A stretch of 64,000 bases of DNA. It comes from a virus. Taxonomy: Duplodnaviria; Caudoviricetes. The position numbers and the translations under genes were made by a program. The DNA lies in IMG/VR virus record IMGVR_UViG_3300043753_000023, positions 26,497 to 90,496 of that record, one strand, 5' to 3'. The first letter of the stretch is position 1; every line of letters starts with the position of its first letter. A model generated the notes under the pieces. That model was given only the letters and a program-made list of their open reading frames with translations. It ran no database searches and was not told the origin of the DNA. Below are positions 62,814 to 64,000 of this stretch, piece by piece.

Positions 62814-63245
62814 GTGCTGAACCGCAAGCAGCGCCAGATAGAGACCCTGCAGAGACGGCTCGCCACCGCCATTGAGCGGCGCGACGAGGCCATCAAGGAA
62901 CGCGACTCCGCCAACTACGTCAACGGCCGACTCGCCCGTGACCTCGTGAACGGCGCCACCGCAGCGTCCCGCGCGCTCAGCGAAGCCACCGACGACGCCA
63001 GCCATGCCGAGGGCCTACTCTCGCGGGCCGTCAGGCTCCTGCGCCGCCGCGAGGAGCGACACCGCGGCATCGTCGGGGCACTGCGACGGGATCTGGCGGT
63101 CGCCCGCGCCAAGGCCATCATCCAGAAGGAGCGCGCCGACAAGCTCGACGCCCGACTGCAGGCCCTGGAGCAGGCCAACCGGGACTTCGACTGGCGCTAC
63201 GGCATCTACCCGAAGGCCGCCGAAGCGCCGGCCACCGCCGCATGA
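62814..63245 (+). CDS. Coiled-coil hypothetical protein
   Basis: CAGGAG RBS. Confidence 0.7.
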   Translation: MLNRKQRQIETLQRRLATAIERRDEAIKERDSANYVNGRLARDLVNGATAASRALSEATDDASHAEGLLSRAVRLLRRREERHRGIVGALRRDLAVARAKAIIQKERADKLDARLQALEQANRDFDWRYGIYPKAAEAPATAA

Positions 63246-63348
63246 CCGCGATCCTCGCCGACGCCGGCTACCTGGCCGCCACAGTCGGCCTCGCCCTCGC
63301 CATCACCGGCGCCTGGATCCCCAAGCCCGCACACTCCGGAGACCCCGA

Positions 63349-63732
63349 ATGAGCTTGACCGCCTGGTGGCACGGCAGAGGCCAACACCGTGCCGCCGACC
63401 GCATCTCCACTCTCACCGCCGAGCGGGACCTGTGGCTCATGCTCGCTCTCCATCAGGCCGCCCAACTCGCTTACCGCGACCGGCAGCTGACCGTCGCGAA
63501 CGAGCAGACGGAGCGCCTTGCGGCGCAGGTCGAAGGGCTCACCATCGAACGCGACGACGCCCAGCACTCGTGGGCGCAGGCCGCCGCCCGGCTCCGCGAG
63601 GCCCAGGGCGAGTTGGCCAACGCGCGGACGATCAGGGTCGCTGCCCCGGCCGACCTCGACGACACGGTGCCCATCCCCATGCCGACCGTCATCCCACTCC
63701 GATTCGCATTCCCCCAGGACAACGCCGCGTGA
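63349..63732 (+). CDS. Coiled-coil hypothetical protein
   Basis: GGAG RBS; ATG 63349. Confidence 0.65.
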   Translation: MSLTAWWHGRGQHRAADRISTLTAERDLWLMLALHQAAQLAYRDRQLTVANEQTERLAAQVEGLTIERDDAQHSWAQAAARLREAQGELANARTIRVAAPADLDDTVPIPMPTVIPLRFAFPQDNAA

Positions 63733-63857
63733 TCGTCGACACCCTGCACCGCCTACACCACGACAGCGGCTGGACCATCCTCGCCGCCGTCACCCTCGCC
63801 ACACTCGGCGCCGCCCTCACCGTCATCTCACTCACCGCCTGGAGCCGACCGCGATGA
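63729..63857 (+). CDS. Small single-TM peptide
   Basis: GTGA/ATGA coupling. Confidence 0.5.
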   Translation: MIVDTLHRLHHDSGWTILAAVTLATLGAALTVISLTAWSRPR

Positions 63858-64000
63858 CCGCCCTCCTCGAAGCGCCGCCCAACCTCCGCCGTTTCATCCT
63901 GGCCCTCCCCGCCGGCCTCGAGCTCATCAACTCCAACCAGAGCCAGGCGCCCCGACGCCGTGCCCGCATCGTCAAAGCCATCCGCGCCGCCGCCATGGAG
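63854..64000 (+). CDS. Partial gene, possibly RusA-like resolvase
   Basis: LALPAGLELINSNQ N-terminus; runs off the window. Confidence 0.4.
   Translation, partial: MTALLEAPPNLRRFILALPAGLELINSNQSQAPRRRARIVKAIRAAAME

Larger units (their letters stand above)
54474..64000. mobile_element. Integrase/immunity/early region (prophage segment B, or the other arm of the same phage); continues beyond window
   Basis: Serine integrase, XRE repressor, divergent Cro-like gene and a coupled early operon with exonuclease and annealase, i.e. the standard left-end layout of a prophage. Confidence 0.75.

Noticed and set aside
1-64000. tRNA, rRNA, tmRNA or riboswitch genes
   Set aside because: No cloverleaf with T-loop/anticodon signature or other recognisable RNA family seen by eye; a tRNAscan/Infernal run would be needed to exclude them fully

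Overview
High-GC (roughly 70%) actinomycete temperate-phage DNA, most likely from a Streptomycetaceae host (inference from codon use and gene families). From 1 to about 8.8 kb is a leftward early operon: DEDD exoribonuclease, DnaB helicase, a replication initiator containing four iterons, and a stand-alone FtsH/M41-like peptidase. At 8.8-11.5 kb is a control region with a GntR-UTRA repressor, a probable toxin-antitoxin pair and a GIY-YIG/GntR fusion, bracketed by two mirror-image operator/promoter blocks. A rightward operon of small genes leads into an AICE/plasmid-like membrane module (DUF2637-like protein with a GGWCC repeat array, Pycsar-effector-like protein). Then comes a complete siphovirus morphogenesis block (19.3-42.5 kb): terminase, portal fused to a Nudix domain, XkdF-like protease, scaffold, capsid, tail, a -1 frameshift chaperone pair, tape measure with tail lysozyme, and a beta-helix tail spike. 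The lysis region is unusual (PLD, VIT1/CCC1-like protein, GH25 endolysin). An accessory block (45.4-54.5 kb) carries a DEAH helicase with HA repeats, HTH/XRE regulators, and a TrmB/LuxR-type regulator divergent from a small secreted peptide. A large serine integrase, an XRE repressor/Cro switch with TTCC-N6-GGAA operators, and a second, rightward early operon (PD-(D/E)XK exonuclease, RecT-like annealase, DnaQ-like exonuclease) run off the right edge. The window is either two abutting prophages or one large phage with two immunity regions. All family assignments are from motif recognition by eye; no searches were run.
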